64,000 nucleotides of DNA from Candidatus Poribacteria bacterium (lineage in GTDB: Bacteria; Poribacteria; WGA-4E; PCPOR2b). Where the stretch lies: assembly GCA_965116925.1 (NCBI GenBank), contig OZ220744.1:4640001-4704000 (forward strand), written 5' to 3'. Positions 60,311 through 64,000 of this stretch are shown here, piece after piece. The notes under the pieces were generated by a model. That model saw nothing but the letters and a program-made list of their open reading frames with translations. It searched no databases and was not told the DNA's origin. Both the position numbers and the translations under genes were made by a program. Position 1 is the stretch's first letter; the number at the start of each line of letters is the position of its first letter.

Positions 60311-60335
60311 GAACTGCGGACAGAAAATTCAAAAA

Positions 60336-60367
60336 GGGGAGGCGGAGGTTTCGCTTCTCCTTTTTTG
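60336..60367 (+). terminator. Intrinsic terminator
   Basis: GGAGGCGGA...TTCGCTTCTCC followed by T7. Confidence 0.6.
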
Positions 60368-60484
60368 TTGGCAACCTCCTGATGATGTGCTATTCTATTC
60401 GACTAATAGATGTGCACAGCATTCAAACACTAGTCCGTTATCGAAACAGGTATAATTACGAAATAGAACTTGAAACGACAAAAA

Positions 60485-60586
60485 CAGGACTTACGCAAAT
60501 TTAGTGAGCGGCGCGATATTTTTTTATTTTTAACCCCCTAAATCCCCCTTATCAGGGGGACTTATGAACCAACTACGTAAGTCCTA
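60485..60586. mobile_element. MITE family A
   Basis: CAGGACTTACGCA...TACGTAAGTCCTA; internal CCCCCTAAATCCCCC block is inverted relative to the 58201 copy. Confidence 0.75.
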
Positions 60587-60611
60587 AAAAAGAAAAAACC
60601 GAGGAATATCA

Positions 60612-61637
60612 ATGAAACTGGTTACTTTTGAACTCACAACACAACTTGGGAAACAGCAGCGACTGGGAGCGATGGTTGACGGCGATCAAATCGTCGATCT
60701 CAATTCTGCCTACGCGCTTCATCTTTCAGAGACACAGGGGCAACCCGCTGCCTATCAGAGTGCGGATGCCATCCTGCCGTCGGACATGATCCAATACTTT
60801 GAACGGGGAGAAAGATCGAGAAAAGCGGCGCAAGCGAGCCTTGAACAGCTTGATGGCACCAATGCCACGGGCGTCCGAGGCGAACAGATTGTTTATTCGG
60901 CAGATCAGGTAAACCTACTTGCACCATTCCCACGTCCTGCTAGCCTACGGGATTTCGGCGTGTTCAAGACGCACATGGATGCCGCTGCATTGATCACCGG
61001 CAAGGAAATCTCCCCGGAATGGTTTAAGCTGCCGAACTATTATCGTGGTAGCACGAGTCCCGCTTCCATCGCTGGACACGAGGCACCCGTGACGTGGCCC
61101 AACTATACCGACAAACTTGACTTTGAGTTGGAATGGGGCGTTTATATCGGTAAGGAAGGGAAGAACATCTCGGTTGAAGACGCACCAAACTATATCGGCG
61201 GCTATACAATCTATAATGACATCAGCGCGCGTGACATCCAGTTTCGCCACATGACGTTGGCACTTGGACCCGCCAAAGGGAAGGACTTCGATAACAGCAA
61301 TATCATGGGCCCCTGCCTCGTCACACCTGACGAAATTGACGATCCGTATAACTTGCGGATGATTGCACGGGTCAACGGCGAAGTCTGGGCGGACGGAAAT
61401 ACGTCGGATATGTACTACACTTTTGCAGAGATGATCTCCTTTGTTTCGCAGTCTGAAACTCTTTGTGTGGGGGATTTTCTTGGATCTGGCACAGTTGGCA
61501 AAGGCTGCGGTTGGGAGTTAGATCGGTGGATTCAGCCCGGCGATGTCATTGAGCTAGAGGTTGAGAGGATTGGGCTGCTCCGCAATCAGATTGAGGAGAA
61601 ATCGGAGAATCCAGCGGCATGGCAGGAAAAGCAATAG
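60612..61637 (+). CDS. Fumarylacetoacetate hydrolase family protein
   Basis: LDFELE, YNDISARDIQ, KGKDF, GSGT. Confidence 0.92.
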   Translation: MKLVTFELTTQLGKQQRLGAMVDGDQIVDLNSAYALHLSETQGQPAAYQSADAILPSDMIQYFERGERSRKAAQASLEQLDGTNATGVRGEQIVYSADQVNLLAPFPRPASLRDFGVFKTHMDAAALITGKEISPEWFKLPNYYRGSTSPASIAGHEAPVTWPNYTDKLDFELEWGVYIGKEGKNISVEDAPNYIGGYTIYNDISARDIQFRHMTLALGPAKGKDFDNSNIMGPCLVTPDEIDDPYNLRMIARVNGEVWADGNTSDMYYTFAEMISFVSQSETLCVGDFLGSGTVGKGCGWELDRWIQPGDVIELEVERIGLLRNQIEEKSENPAAWQEKQ

Positions 61638-61654
61638 AGGGAGAAAAGCGTGCT

Positions 61655-62404
61655 ATGAGACTTGAAGGAAAAGTTGCAATCATCACTGGTGCCGCCTCCG
61701 GCATCGGACAGGCAACGGCGCTCCTATTTGCCAAGGAAGGAGCAACGGTTGTCGTAGCGGATCTGGATGAAGCCGGGGGAAACGAAGTGGTCAAGCAGAT
61801 CAAAGCTGATGGCGGCAAAGCGATGCTCATCCGCACCGATGTAACAGAGGCGACAGATGTACAGGCGATGGTCAAATCGACGATCGACACTTACGGCAAG
61901 TTGGATGTGCTGTTCAACAACGCAGGCATTGCGATGCGTTTGCCCGTCGTGGAGTTGCCGGAGGAAGATTGGGACCGCTGCGTAGACATCAACCTGAAAG
62001 GGGTTTTTCTCGGCTCAAAGTACGCTATCCCCGAAATGATTAAGAATGGCGGCGGTTCGATTATCAATATGGCATCGATCTACGGTCTCGTCGGTGCGCC
62101 GACCCGCGCGGCTTACGTCGCTACAAAAGGTGGGGTCGCCAATCTGACCCGTGGTATGGCACTCGACTATGCCACCGACAACGTCCGTGTCAACTGCCTC
62201 TGTCCCGGTTTTACCGAAACCCCGCTCCTAGCAGGCGTTCTGAAAACCGAGGCGGAATATCAGGCACTCGCCGAGCAACACCCGATGAAACGCCTCGCTA
62301 CGCCACAGGAGATTGCCTACGGTGCACTGTTCTTAGCGTCGGATGAATCTGTTTTCGTGACAGGAATCGCGCTACCAATCGACGGTGGGTTTACAGCGGG
62401 TTAG
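61655..62404 (+). CDS. SDR family oxidoreductase
   Basis: TGAASGIG, NNAG, YVATK. Confidence 0.93.
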   Translation: MRLEGKVAIITGAASGIGQATALLFAKEGATVVVADLDEAGGNEVVKQIKADGGKAMLIRTDVTEATDVQAMVKSTIDTYGKLDVLFNNAGIAMRLPVVELPEEDWDRCVDINLKGVFLGSKYAIPEMIKNGGGSIINMASIYGLVGAPTRAAYVATKGGVANLTRGMALDYATDNVRVNCLCPGFTETPLLAGVLKTEAEYQALAEQHPMKRLATPQEIAYGALFLASDESVFVTGIALPIDGGFTAG

Positions 62405-62470
62405 GCAAAGCAGAGATTAGGGGCAGGTCTTGTGCCTGCCCAAAGGGATAAGGACAGGGAGACGGAAAAA

Positions 62471-63718
62471 ATGACCATGCAGGTCCATCCCAACTATGCA
62501 CGACTTGTTGACTTGGCGCGTGAGAGTCACGAGAAAGGGCGCACGCCAGCGGAGATTACGTCCGAAGATGTTGCACTAGCACGCTTGTATAGCTACGCAT
62601 TTCGCGGTCATACAATTGGTGCCTTTCACGCCACACGATTGGCAATTGATGAAATTGAGATGTGCGATCCACTCACCGAGGCGCATCGCAAGCGGGCAGT
62701 AGAACTCTTGATAGACCTAGCGAATCAAACGATGGATGCCGTGGAAGCTGACTTTCGTGCCTTGATCTCTACGTTCTACCGCTACGCCACCAACATCCCA
62801 AGAGTCATCGAATCACTAAGCGAGGGGATCGAGACGTGCAAATTGGAGTCAATGCGGAAGGTTCGAGATCGGTTCACCGAACTGATGGAAGAGATCACTA
62901 ACGGCAACGGTATTCATACGACGTTGGACACGCACGCCCCGGAGCAAGCCAGTTTCATCGTGCCAAATCTCGGTATCACAATTGTACCGCTCGTTTATGG
63001 GGATTATCACTCATGGAATCTGGCGTACCTTGATGGTCCTCGGTCGGATGTGCCATTTCATCTCCATCAGGATGGTGTTGAGATCCATCTGGGCTACGGA
63101 CCGTTGCACGGCAATACGGTTCTCGGTGAATTCCATGCGGAAGTGGACGAAGGCTATGCCATGCCTATTCCCCCAAAGGTGAGACACGGATATGTTAACG
63201 ACAGTACCATGCAGCATCACGTTCCGTTCATCTTTGGATCGTTGACCCGCGGCGGGTGGGGCGTGTTTCTGGACGTGGAGGCGCAACCGATTGACCTAGA
63301 CAAACTTGATAAGACGCCCGTCTACAGCCGTCAAATGAATCAGACGATCTATCTCGAACGCGAAATCGAGAAAGCTGCAGGGAGGTTCTCCCCTGTGCGT
63401 TACCCAATCATCCCGGCTTCCGCTACCGACGGAGATGGGATTGGGGGGCTAGAGTTGTCTGTAGCGCGTGTCAATGGATATGGGTTGAACTTGCGAACTG
63501 ATCGCTTCTGCATCGTCTCCGTTGTCCGTGGACAAGGGGTTGTGCAGATGGCTGGTGTTAAGAAGAAGGTAGGACCTCACGAACATTTCTGTGTGCCGGC
63601 GGGTATCCCTGCATTCCTGCAACAAGAAGGAAACGAACCGATGGTGACGTTGGATGCGGTGATTAAGGAAGCGCGAAGCCCAATATCTAACCCAAAATGG
63701 CGACGGAATCGCCCTTGA
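62471..63718 (+). CDS. Hypothetical protein with cupin-like metal-binding motif
   Basis: HLHQDGVEIH...IPPKVRHG. Confidence 0.65.
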   Translation: MTMQVHPNYARLVDLARESHEKGRTPAEITSEDVALARLYSYAFRGHTIGAFHATRLAIDEIEMCDPLTEAHRKRAVELLIDLANQTMDAVEADFRALISTFYRYATNIPRVIESLSEGIETCKLESMRKVRDRFTELMEEITNGNGIHTTLDTHAPEQASFIVPNLGITIVPLVYGDYHSWNLAYLDGPRSDVPFHLHQDGVEIHLGYGPLHGNTVLGEFHAEVDEGYAMPIPPKVRHGYVNDSTMQHHVPFIFGSLTRGGWGVFLDVEAQPIDLDKLDKTPVYSRQMNQTIYLEREIEKAAGRFSPVRYPIIPASATDGDGIGGLELSVARVNGYGLNLRTDRFCIVSVVRGQGVVQMAGVKKKVGPHEHFCVPAGIPAFLQQEGNEPMVTLDAVIKEARSPISNPKWRRNRP

Positions 63719-64000
63719 CGAACACAGAACAAGTCAAGGCTTCCCCATTGTAAAGCGGAAGTTACTTCTGAGAAAATAGGATAGCAGCTTATTGCCTAAC
63801 AGGATTCTCCCCGGCGAGCGCAGTGTATTAAAGGAGGTCCATCTAACCCTTGGATTAACGAACCCGACCTGACTTAACAGATCCACCCAAACTTCCGGTG
63901 CCTGATGCTTATGCCACTCTATCGTGGGAGCGAAAGGATTCTTAATTCTGAGTAAGGCGAAGAAATTATATCTTGAGCAGTCACAAACGATTAGCTTTGC

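Overview
Bacterial chromosomal window, probably Ca. Poribacteria. This is inferred from four PhyH dioxygenases, four SDRs, a WD40 protein with an LLPNYPNPFNPETWIP C-terminal domain, PD40/TolB-like paralogs ending in GKxxTxWGxLK, and many REP/MITE-like repeats. The flanks are catabolic or housekeeping: SDRs, luciferase-like monooxygenase, GGT, amidohydrolase, two LarA-like genes, penicillin amidase, a partial Bat operon and FAA hydrolase, plus a GmrSD-like restriction gene. The centre (~23-44 kb) is an accessory island. It holds an uncalled 57-aa acidic Cys/Trp peptide ORF (30151-30324) directly upstream of a radical SAM/SPASM maturase, followed by an HTH-SBP5 (SgrR-like) regulator. It also holds two paralogous secreted His/Cys peptides (one behind a consensus sigma54 promoter), an atypical sigma54 activator, three TolB-like propellers and membrane glycosylation genes. 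Four intergenic copies of one promoter/palindrome architecture with identical spacing link these parts. The island is a candidate undescribed RiPP/peptide-signalling regulon. No rRNA, tRNA, CRISPR array or intact transposase was seen. All calls are by eye, with no database searches.
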